Source: Candidatus Lokiarchaeum ossiferum
GTDB lineage: Archaea > Asgardarchaeota > Lokiarchaeia > Sigyniarchaeales > Promethearchaeaceae
Length of the DNA stretch: 32,000 nucleotides
Assembly: GCA_025839675.1 (NCBI GenBank)
Contig: CP104013.1
Span: 3,750,001 to 3,782,000 of the forward strand
Reading direction: 5' to 3'
Below the pieces are notes generated by a model. The model was given only the letters and a program-made list of their open reading frames with translations, had not been told where the DNA came from and did not search any database. Every line of letters starts with the position of its first letter. Position 1 is the stretch's first letter. Positions 7,568-15,605 of this stretch are shown here, piece by piece. The translations under genes were made by a program, and so were the position numbers.

Positions 7568-10500
7568 TTAATATTGTTCGACCCAATTTTCAAGTTCCAA
7601 ATACAATCTCTTTAAATTTTCAAGTTGTTCAGAAGTAGCTTCCCAATAGGAACGACGGTGTGCTTGGAGAAAATCTTTAATCATGGACATCATTGCAAAG
7701 TGATTATTTTCAACCAATGCAGATTTAATTTCTTCATTGTCAATATATTGTGAATAATACCGATTCCAAATTTGGCTATTCACACTATCAGTTGTAGCAG
7801 ATAAGCCAAGTACATTTTCAAGTCGTTCAGCAACTTTTTGCCCTCCATGGAAAGGATGTGCCAACATACCTTTTATCCATTTGGGATTTAATGATCTGGT
7901 AATGGAACCTTCTAGTACAGTAGATTGAAGAGTATCTAACCTGATTTCTTTTGAAGTAGTGTCGGCAATCAGAGTAGGTATTTTTTTTTTTTGCACTTCT
8001 TCAGCGGATCGCGAGAGACCTCCTGCAAATTCATAATAGTGATCAAGATCAGTAATATGGTATTCGGTTGAATCTCTTACTTGACTGATGACGTCCAACT
8101 TCTTTAGTGAATGAATGAAAGCTTTTTTTTGTTGGGACACAACTTGGTTTTTTTGGTAAGTAAAGCTCATCGAATTGATATAATCATCTACTAATTCGGT
8201 TTCTTCCGACCAAGTTCCCGCAGAAATCATAGTGGTCAAGTTTGTATTATATTTCCCTGGAGCAGGACCAAAAACACGGGCAATTGGACATCCTGTTCCA
8301 TCCAATTTTTGTTCTAAAAACAACTTTCTAACAAAATTAAAATCAGTTGGCTCATCTAAATGGGCTACCAATTCGAAAGCTTCATTAAGTAGATTGACAA
8401 GGTTTGGAAACGTATCACGAAAAATTCCACAAATTGTAACCAGAACATTGATCCTAGGATGCGTCATTTCATCCCTTGGAATAACTTCCAATTCGGTGGT
8501 CCATATTGAGGATTTTTTTACTGGTTTAACTCCAAGATAATGTAAAATTTGAGAAATTGTTTCCCCGCCAGTTTTCATTGTCTCAAATGCCCAAAGAACC
8601 ACACTAGTCGATTCTGGGTATGTGTGATTACTTTGATAATAATTGGATAAAATTTTACCCGTTATCTCCTTCCCTCGACGAAATGCCGTTGTACTTGGAA
8701 TCAATCGAGGATCAAATCCATAAGAATTCCTGCCTGTGGGATAAATTGAAGGATCTCGAATCGGGTCACCGCCTAAACCCGGTTCTATAAACTCGCCGCT
8801 CAATCCCCGCAAGAGATTCTTCATTTCACAAGATTGCCAATACTGATCTAAAAACTCACCCAACCATCGAATTAGGGGGAAATCAATGTCAGTATCAGAT
8901 ACTGAAAGATGATACTGATGATTTGAATAGAATTTTGTCAAGAGATCTTGAATTTTATTTAGCAGAATTGTATTTTGCACCTTTTCATCACTATCTATTG
9001 CTTCTTGCGGAAATATTTCGTGAGAAATACTCCCCGAATGTAATAGGATTTGTGCAATCATATCGCTTAACTCTTCAAAATTTAAATCTTGGCCCAAAAT
9101 ATGTAATCCCATAGGTATAACTTGTGTTTTATATTGATATATTTGCTCTTCAAGAGCACTTATAGATGAATATTCAATGGGAAGATGGGCAATTGATGTT
9201 TTGATTTCTTCTTCTAAGATCTGTAGTTTTTCTAAAGAAGCACTATCTCCTGAATTTTGCTGCATGGATGACAATTCATGGTATTCTGCAATAAATTTTT
9301 CAATCTGAGCAAATTCTTGATATAATCCAGAAGGTTTGAATGAAGGTCCGGCATGATTAATAACTACTGCGTTTGATCGACGTTTTGCGATTGCTGCTTC
9401 ACTGGTATTTGTGATGTGATAATAATATAAATGGGGAAGCGTGCCGATTAAATGAATTCCATAATCATCGCTGCATCCGAGATTTTGTTTCCCTGGCATG
9501 AATTCTAGAGTTCCATGAGTTCCAAAATGAATGAGTGCGTTGATTTTCAAGAGATGTTCAAGGTAATAGTAAAGAGCTAAATACTGATGGTGAGGTGGGA
9601 TTTTTTGATTATGATAATCTTCAGCATCACCTTTGACGAGTGTGCGTGCTGGTTGCAAGGCGATTATTATATTTCCAAAAATTAGAATTGGCAATTGTAT
9701 ATGATTCTCGATAATATTTATATTTCCAGGCGGTGCACCCCAATAATCTGTAATTTCTTGTTGAAATTGGAGAGGAAGTTGTTGAAAATATTTGAGATAG
9801 GTGCCAATTGGAAGTTTTACTCCAAAGAAATGCGATCTATTTAGGTACTTGGCCTTATTGATTGCTCCATTCTGAAAAAAGAGATCACTTAAATGGATAT
9901 TCTCCAAAAATGATGTTGTAGAATATCCTTCTTTAATAAGGGTTGGAACTAAGTTGGTTAATGATGCAGAGACATCTAGATATGCTGCATTCCCCAGTTT
10001 ATCTTCTCCAGGAGGATAATTATAGATCATCACCGCTACTTTTTTTTCTGCATTGGCTAATTTTCGTAGTTTTAGCCATTTTTTTACACGTGCACCTATC
10101 AATTCGATATTTGGAAGGAGTGGTATAATTTTTAGGATCTCATTATGAATCAAATCTGAATATCCATGTGAATACATGCATCCCACAGTCATCATTTCAA
10201 TTTTTCCATCCAATTCTGGCATGACTACTGATATTATTTGATTAATCGGAATAGTTCCTTGATCTGATTCAAGATAGTCATTCAAGAGAAGATCAAATTG
10301 AATAACAGGTGTTATATGGGGAACATTCATTTCTCGATACAAATCAAGCGTTATTTTCGAATCTCCACCAAGTGGTCCTCCATTTAACTGGAAATATTGG
10401 AAATTGAGAACAATATCAACAATACATTGGCGTTTTCTAAAAAAATAGTTACGATGTGCTTCCACGTTCTGTAAAACATCTGAAAATACCGGAATAATAT

Positions 10501-11356
10501 TATATTCCTCAAAGCGAATAAAAAATTCTCGAATAATTGGTAAAGATTGTTCAAAATATAAACCACCATAAAAAAACAAACCAATAGTTTGCTTATTAGC
10601 ATCTAAAGGATGTTTTTTAAGAAATTGAGGTAATGAATCGTAGTATTGGTTTTCAATAGGATGATAAATCCCTTGTTCGGGTATGAGAGCAGGAAGAGAA
10701 ACTTTGAGATTTGAATATCCCATATAAGATTTGAGAAGAAAGAGAATTAAGTTCTTATGATTTATGGGTATACCCGCTAATCCATTTATCCAATATTGTC
10801 GAAAATAAACCCAATTTCGAATATCTCGTAATGCCTTGAAGGGAAATAGTTTTGAAAACACTCCGAGAATTGCATCCATTTTTTTACCTTTTCTTACAGC
10901 ATCTGTTATATCGGGAAATTCATCAAAATTGAGTTCTTGGTCTTTTTTTGAAGAATTACTTGCCGGAATCATTTTCCCTCGGAAATGACCTAATTTCGTC
11001 AGTCGCATTAATCGCGGGCTTCCTGCAACTATCGTTATAACTTGCATATTTTCATAGCGTTCTGGATCAGAAGTTTCCATACGGGAAAGTTCTTCTTCAA
11101 GAATTTCTACCGCCAAACAATAACCCCTGATATCTAGTAAAAGAACATCTGAATTTGAAATAGCAGAACGAAATTTGTCTTGGGATATTTTTTCTTTATT
11201 GATGTCTTGAACCATATAAATATATAAAGAAATATTGTATCCGTATGTTGCGTTAATCTCAGCAAGGCCTTCGGTCAACCATTGTAATGAGACTGAAGCT
11301 GTTATCAAAGAAATTACGGGTTTAAAACTGGATTCACTTGTAGAAATCTGAGTCAT
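7568..11356 (-). CDS. cobN: Class I chelatase large subunit, CobN/ChlH/BchH family
   Basis: About 1260 aa. LIHFGTHGTLEFMPGKQ matches the conserved HxGxHGxxEWLPGK region of CobN/BchH, and size and colinearity fit throughout. The track start (11416) adds 20 aa read through an AT-rich TATA-like stretch. ATG at 11354..11356 (MTQISTS), preceded by AGGAAGGA, is preferred. Confidence 0.9.
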   Translation of the reverse strand: MTQISTSESSFKPVISLITASVSLQWLTEGLAEINATYGYNISLYIYMVQDINKEKISQDKFRSAISNSDVLLLDIRGYCLAVEILEEELSRMETSDPERYENMQVITIVAGSPRLMRLTKLGHFRGKMIPASNSSKKDQELNFDEFPDITDAVRKGKKMDAILGVFSKLFPFKALRDIRNWVYFRQYWINGLAGIPINHKNLILFLLKSYMGYSNLKVSLPALIPEQGIYHPIENQYYDSLPQFLKKHPLDANKQTIGLFFYGGLYFEQSLPIIREFFIRFEEYNIIPVFSDVLQNVEAHRNYFFRKRQCIVDIVLNFQYFQLNGGPLGGDSKITLDLYREMNVPHITPVIQFDLLLNDYLESDQGTIPINQIISVVMPELDGKIEMMTVGCMYSHGYSDLIHNEILKIIPLLPNIELIGARVKKWLKLRKLANAEKKVAVMIYNYPPGEDKLGNAAYLDVSASLTNLVPTLIKEGYSTTSFLENIHLSDLFFQNGAINKAKYLNRSHFFGVKLPIGTYLKYFQQLPLQFQQEITDYWGAPPGNINIIENHIQLPILIFGNIIIALQPARTLVKGDAEDYHNQKIPPHHQYLALYYYLEHLLKINALIHFGTHGTLEFMPGKQNLGCSDDYGIHLIGTLPHLYYYHITNTSEAAIAKRRSNAVVINHAGPSFKPSGLYQEFAQIEKFIAEYHELSSMQQNSGDSASLEKLQILEEEIKTSIAHLPIEYSSISALEEQIYQYKTQVIPMGLHILGQDLNFEELSDMIAQILLHSGSISHEIFPQEAIDSDEKVQNTILLNKIQDLLTKFYSNHQYHLSVSDTDIDFPLIRWLGEFLDQYWQSCEMKNLLRGLSGEFIEPGLGGDPIRDPSIYPTGRNSYGFDPRLIPSTTAFRRGKEITGKILSNYYQSNHTYPESTSVVLWAFETMKTGGETISQILHYLGVKPVKKSSIWTTELEVIPRDEMTHPRINVLVTICGIFRDTFPNLVNLLNEAFELVAHLDEPTDFNFVRKLFLEQKLDGTGCPIARVFGPAPGKYNTNLTTMISAGTWSEETELVDDYINSMSFTYQKNQVVSQQKKAFIHSLKKLDVISQVRDSTEYHITDLDHYYEFAGGLSRSAEEVQKKKIPTLIADTTSKEIRLDTLQSTVLEGSITRSLNPKWIKGMLAHPFHGGQKVAERLENVLGLSATTDSVNSQIWNRYYSQYIDNEEIKSALVENNHFAMMSMIKDFLQAHRRSYWEATSEQLENLKRLYLELENWVEQY

Positions 11357-11443
11357 GGATGGATTCCTTCCTATTAATATATATAAATTTAAAAAATGAA
11401 TATCTCTTGAGACCATAGATATTTTAAATTGGTGTAGTTATAT

Positions 11444-13633
11444 TCAAACTGGAACTTTAAGTAATCCTTGCTCTTTTAAGATAAATTCCAACTGAGAAAC
11501 TGTGAGATCAGATAAATGATAATATGCAGCGTTTGCCAATTCCGAAAAATCCTTGCAAAGTTGTAAGGGTACCTCCGAATGTTCTGTATCTATGACGAGG
11601 GTTTCAATTTCATCTGCTGCTAATTTTTCCGCGAGGTAAAGAACATCTGAAAGTGCATCGCGAAAGAACACATTCGCTCGAGCGTCTGTGATGAGCACCA
11701 GGAGAGGGATAAAACCTGTTTTCTTCCGTTTTTCTTCATCAATCACTTTGAAAGCTTCTATTATTCCCGCAGCCAAGGGTGTTGTTCCACCCGTAGGAAT
11801 TTCATGAAGTAACTTGTACGCTAAATCCACACTACGAGTCGGAGGGAGAATAATTTCAGCCTTTTCTTTTCGAAAAATAATAAGACAGACTTTATCGCGA
11901 TTAATGTAATTATTTTGCAGAATACGATAAATAGCACCTTTCACAGATGCCATTTGGTTTTCAACACCCATTGAAGCTGAAGCATCAACACAAAAGATGA
12001 TAAGGTGACTTGATTTCCCAATTCTTTTTTTTGTATGGATGTTTTCATCTTTAATTACTAATTTATTCCCATTTTTGATGAACTCACGATTTTCTGGGTT
12101 CAACGCAGCAGAGTTTAATGTTTCTGTCAACGAGATATCAGTGGAAGTGGGGAGATTAATTTGCTGTGAAGAAACACCTCCGACATACTTACCTTTACGG
12201 TCTGCGGTAGGATGAGTGATTTTGGAACCAGAAACTTTTAGCATCTTTCGAATTCGTTTTTGGTGAAGTATTTGAGGACTTTGAATATCATAATTTACGC
12301 CGAACACTTGATCAGGAGTAATAATTTGTGAAAAATCAGGAGAGCCATTTTCTGTCACGTTCTGTTCTGAATTTTGCAAGAGTTCTTCTTCTGATTCAGA
12401 TACTGCTTCAGACTCGGATTCAGCTTCAGCTTCAGGTTCAGATTCAGCTTCATCTTCAGGTTCAGATTCAGCTTCAGGTTCAGATTCAGCTTCAGGTTCA
12501 GATTCAGCTTCAGGTTCAGACTCATTTTTAATCTCTGGTTCTTCAGATTGTGCAGAATCTGGCTCTTCTTCTTCGAGTTGTGTAGAATCTCCTTTTTCTT
12601 GAAATTCTTTTATCAACCTATCAACAAAATCTTCATCAAAAGCATCATCTTCAAAAGGAAGACGGTGCAATCTATGCGTAATAGCCAACTTAGTGGCTAT
12701 TTTTATATCTTGAGGTAAAACTTTCAAACGATTTTTATACGCTGCTAATGTTTTTGCCGTTTCTGCGATGGTGATATCTGCTCGATGTCCATCAGTTTTG
12801 AAATGGATACAAATTTGTGCAATGAGAGCCAGTAAGTTATCAGAAATTTCTGTTAAATGAAGGATGCTCCGTCCATGAATAATCTGTTTCTGTAGTTTTT
12901 TTTGCAGAGTATCAAATTGAGCATGGAATTTCTCTGGATCTTCACGATATGCCGCAGAATATTTCATTATCTTCACACGTTGCTTTATATCTGCAATTCT
13001 TTCAATTGTTGTGCTCAATCCAAAACGATCCAACAACTGTGGGCGAAGATTTCCTTCTTCAGGATTCATTGTTCCAATTAAAATGAAGTGGCTTGGATGA
13101 TGAAGGCTGATTCCTTCTCTTTCAATTACATTGATACCCATTGCAGCACTATCAAGTAGAATATCAGCAACATTGTCTGCAAGCAAATTGATTTCATCAA
13201 TATAGAGAATGTTTCGATTCGCTGTAGCCAAAATTCCTGGTTCCAAAGATTTAATTCCTTGGGTGAGGGCTTTCTTAATATCAATGGTACCAACCACCCG
13301 ATCTTCGGTGGAATTAATGGGTAGATTGATTACTTGCATCTTTTTGTATACAATATCTTGATCGGTGAAACTATTGGTGCGAATCTTTTCTTGACAGACA
13401 TGACAAGATTCTTTGGGATCATCTGGATTACAGTTGAATTTACAATCTTTAATCGTTTTAATATCTGGTAATAGGTCAGATAACGCCCGAACTGCAGTAC
13501 TTTTTGCAGATCCCTTCATTCCTTTAATAAGAATTCCGCCAATCTTTGGGTTGATTGCATTCAAAATCAACCCCAATTTCATCATTTCTTGACCAATTAG
13601 GGCCGTGAAGGGATAAGGTTTGTAATGTGTCAT
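11444..13633 (-). CDS. Fused ChlI/BchI-type AAA+ ATPase and ChlD/BchD-type vWA subunit of a class I chelatase
   Basis: N-terminal motifs are [12 protein letters not shown], Walker [10 protein letters not shown], Walker [11 protein letters not shown] and [16 protein letters not shown]. The middle is an acidic (ESEPEA)n linker. The C-terminus is a vWA domain with MIDAS DASASM. The track start at 13642 is TTG. ATG at 13631..13633 (MTHYKPYPF) is preferred. Confidence 0.9.
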   Translation of the reverse strand: MTHYKPYPFTALIGQEMMKLGLILNAINPKIGGILIKGMKGSAKSTAVRALSDLLPDIKTIKDCKFNCNPDDPKESCHVCQEKIRTNSFTDQDIVYKKMQVINLPINSTEDRVVGTIDIKKALTQGIKSLEPGILATANRNILYIDEINLLADNVADILLDSAAMGINVIEREGISLHHPSHFILIGTMNPEEGNLRPQLLDRFGLSTTIERIADIKQRVKIMKYSAAYREDPEKFHAQFDTLQKKLQKQIIHGRSILHLTEISDNLLALIAQICIHFKTDGHRADITIAETAKTLAAYKNRLKVLPQDIKIATKLAITHRLHRLPFEDDAFDEDFVDRLIKEFQEKGDSTQLEEEEPDSAQSEEPEIKNESEPEAESEPEAESEPEAESEPEDEAESEPEAEAESESEAVSESEEELLQNSEQNVTENGSPDFSQIITPDQVFGVNYDIQSPQILHQKRIRKMLKVSGSKITHPTADRKGKYVGGVSSQQINLPTSTDISLTETLNSAALNPENREFIKNGNKLVIKDENIHTKKRIGKSSHLIIFCVDASASMGVENQMASVKGAIYRILQNNYINRDKVCLIIFRKEKAEIILPPTRSVDLAYKLLHEIPTGGTTPLAAGIIEAFKVIDEEKRKKTGFIPLLVLITDARANVFFRDALSDVLYLAEKLAADEIETLVIDTEHSEVPLQLCKDFSELANAAYYHLSDLTVSQLEFILKEQGLLKVPV
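12392..12523 (-). repeat. In-frame 18-nt tandem repeat encoding the acidic ESEPEA linker
   Basis: TTCAGATTCAGCTTCAGG occurs as three perfect consecutive copies (12461..12478, 12479..12496, 12497..12514). Degenerate copies lie on both sides. Confidence 0.9.
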
Positions 13634-13934
13634 GCACTTCAAATCTTTGTAATTCTCTACAATCGAAAATAAAATAATTTATAACAATAATCTCAATTAA
13701 TAATATTTTCGAAATGAGTATTACTGATAAAAATGACCCAAATCATAAAAAAATTTCCAATGAATTCAAGGCACTTTGGGCATCAATGAAAAAGCGGTGA
13801 AAATGATTATCCTAAGTGGAAAAATTTTCCCTTAGTTGAAAAAAAAACACATTTAAGTTTATATAGAAAAACTCATTTCGTTAAAGTAGGTTTAAAACAT
13901 ACACCTAGCAAAAAAAATACACTAAGTGAGAAGA

Positions 13935-14561
13935 ATGTCACAACCATACATACATCGTCCACCGCTTTATCGGTTTTTACGGAACATTATAGATGTCCCT
14001 TTAGAAAAAACCATCCTTGATTGTGGAGCTGGCGGAAAAGTTCCACCTCTTGCATTATTTCAGTCATATGGATTTAAAACAACTGGAATTGATATTTCAG
14101 AAGAGCAAATTAAGAGAGCCAATGAATATTGCAAAAAAAATAATGTTGATCTTAATATTCAATATGGAGATATGACCAAAATCCCGTTTGAAGATGAGTC
14201 CTTTAGCTATGTCTATTCTACTGGTTCTATATTTCATTTGACAAAGAAAGATAGTGGCATTGCAATTCAAGAAATGTTGCGAGTTTTAAAGAAAGGAGGA
14301 TACCTTTATGTCGATTTTCTTAATACCGATGATGGTGAATATGGAAAGGGTGAAGCTGTTGATCCAATAAACTCACCGGGTGAATTTCATCAAAAAGAAC
14401 GTGGGAATGAAGTTCTTCATTCCTATTATGAGGATAATGAAGCCGATAGATATTTTAATGGGGTCTTGATTGAGTTAAAAAACAAAAATAATATGGAGAT
14501 TCTTCATGAAGGAACAGTCCATCAACTTTCCTTCATTGAATATATTATCAAAAAGATCTGA
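13935..14561 (+). CDS. Class I SAM-dependent methyltransferase
   Basis: ILDCGAGGK (motif I), acidic DISEEQI (motif II) and VLKKGGYLYVDF. The track start at 13926 is GTG. ATG at 13935 is preferred. Confidence 0.8.
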   Translation: MSQPYIHRPPLYRFLRNIIDVPLEKTILDCGAGGKVPPLALFQSYGFKTTGIDISEEQIKRANEYCKKNNVDLNIQYGDMTKIPFEDESFSYVYSTGSIFHLTKKDSGIAIQEMLRVLKKGGYLYVDFLNTDDGEYGKGEAVDPINSPGEFHQKERGNEVLHSYYEDNEADRYFNGVLIELKNKNNMEILHEGTVHQLSFIEYIIKKI

Positions 14562-14903
14562 ATTACTTTCAATCTGATTTTTTCCAAATTCCTCCCTATT
14601 TTGTATCGGAATTGATAATCAATACTCATGACGATGATCTTGCGAGTCTAACTCTATTTTTAACTCAGTCTTCCCTTCAAGGATCGTTGGTTTCCTTTCT
14701 AGTTATAGTTTTTAATATCGTGTGCTTTTTCAGTGCTAATCTGACTCAAAAATGATTGTTAAGTTGAAAAGTGAAAAATTTAATTGCATAAATCATCCTA
14801 ATTCGTGCTATTTTATTCAAAAAGATTGGATAGTGCTTTTGATGAGTCTGATAATCAAACTAATTAGAGATGCCTTATAAAATATTAGGTCTAATTTTAT
14901 ATG

Positions 14904-14921
14904 TATGAATACATATTCATA
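14904..14921. promoter_or_regulatory. Perfect palindrome TATGAATA-CA-TATTCATA upstream of the DUF5320 gene
   Basis: 8-bp arms with a 2-bp spacer, ending 30 nt before ATG 14951. It is a candidate dimeric-regulator operator, or it may overlap the TATA/BRE. Confidence 0.3.
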
Positions 14922-14950
14922 TCGTAACCAGTAATATTGGTGGAAAAATC

Positions 14951-15298
14951 ATGCCAAGTGGAGATGGAACGGGACCCAATGGACGTGGTCCGATGACAGG
15001 TCGAGCTTTAGGGCCTTGTAATGGAAATATCGTACCTGGATATGGTCGAGGTTTAGGATATGGACGCGGTGGCGGTTTTGGCCGCGGTCGAGGTATGGGA
15101 TATGGTCGAGGAAGTGGCTATGGAGGAGGTTACGGACGAGGTCGAAGCTTTGCTTACCCTCCTGTTCAATATACACCTTCGATAACCCCTTTTGATGAAG
15201 AAACTCAATTAAAAAATCTTGAACTTCAAAAAAATCTGCTTGCGAACGATATGCAAGCCCTCGAAACTGAAATTGAAAGATTAAAAAATAAACAATAA
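14951..15298 (+). CDS. DUF5320-family protein with an expanded RGG/GYG low-complexity core and a C-terminal coiled coil
   Basis: The N-terminus MPSGDGTGPNGRGPMTGRALGPCNG matches my recollection of the DUF5320 signature (MPxxDGTGPxGxGPxTGRGxGxC). It is followed by GYGRGLGYGRGGGFGRGRGM and GYGRGSGYGGGYGRGRSF. The tail LELQKNLLANDMQALETEIERLKNK is heptad-like. Confidence 0.75.
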   Translation: MPSGDGTGPNGRGPMTGRALGPCNGNIVPGYGRGLGYGRGGGFGRGRGMGYGRGSGYGGGYGRGRSFAYPPVQYTPSITPFDEETQLKNLELQKNLLANDMQALETEIERLKNKQ

Positions 15299-15307
15299 TT
15301 TTTTTTT
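15299..15307 (+). terminator. Oligo-T tract (T9) abutting the stop codon of the DUF5320 gene
   Basis: TAA at 15296..15298 is followed directly by TTTTTTTTT. Confidence 0.35.
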
Positions 15308-15605
15308 CTTCATCCTATGCTCATTCGTTGAGTTTTTTTCTTTTTCATCATCTACTTAATCAGAATAATAATGGTAGAAGTACATTCTATTTTGATCAAA
15401 AGTTTAATTTTTAAATAAATTTTTCAGGAGATAAAACACCATGGTTATTTCTTCAGTAGAATCAATCATTGTTTGATCAACGCTGTTGAAAGAAGTATAA
15501 TTTTTTTTTCTCCGAATTTTGAAGTCAAAAAGATGGTTATGTACCGACTAAAACTTTAAATCCAACCTATCTAAATGTTAGTCAAACAAAAATGGAATTA
15601 AAATC

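Noticed and set aside
7981-7992. A12 homopolymer (minus-strand sense) inside cobN as a possible programmed frameshift or phase-variation site
   Set aside because: The ORF is intact through the tract, which encodes QKKKI. Similar A/T runs are common in this AT-rich sequence (for example A10 at 22127..22136). It is only a sequencing-error hazard.
12328-12531. 67-aa + strand ORF with a striking QVQIQLQ repeat
   Set aside because: It is the antisense reading of the 18-nt ESEPEA coding repeat inside the ChlI-ChlD gene. It has no independent start or RBS context, so it is a shadow ORF.
13714-13800. 28-aa ORF (MSITDKNDPNHKKISNEFKALWASMKKR)
   Set aside because: It is very short, has no SD-like motif and lies in a divergent promoter region. 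It is indistinguishable from chance.
13634-13934. Possible cobalamin riboswitch or regulatory RNA upstream of the chelatase genes
   Set aside because: The region is extremely AT-rich, with no GC-rich B12-box-like element or stable stems that I could see.
14840-14851. C/D-box-like TGATGA followed two nt later by CTGA
   Set aside because: The boxes are adjacent. I could not find a second C'/D' pair, guide-length spacers or terminal complementary ends, so there is not enough for an sRNA call.
14951-15150. Local GC-rich patch as evidence of horizontal transfer
   Set aside because: It is fully explained by the Gly (GGN) and Arg (CGN) codons of the RGG/GYG low-complexity region.
14949-15176. 75-aa minus-strand ORF overlapping the DUF5320 gene
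   Set aside because: It is antisense to the Gly/Arg-rich region. The + strand product has a recognisable family N-terminus and a coiled-coil tail, and the minus product has no features.
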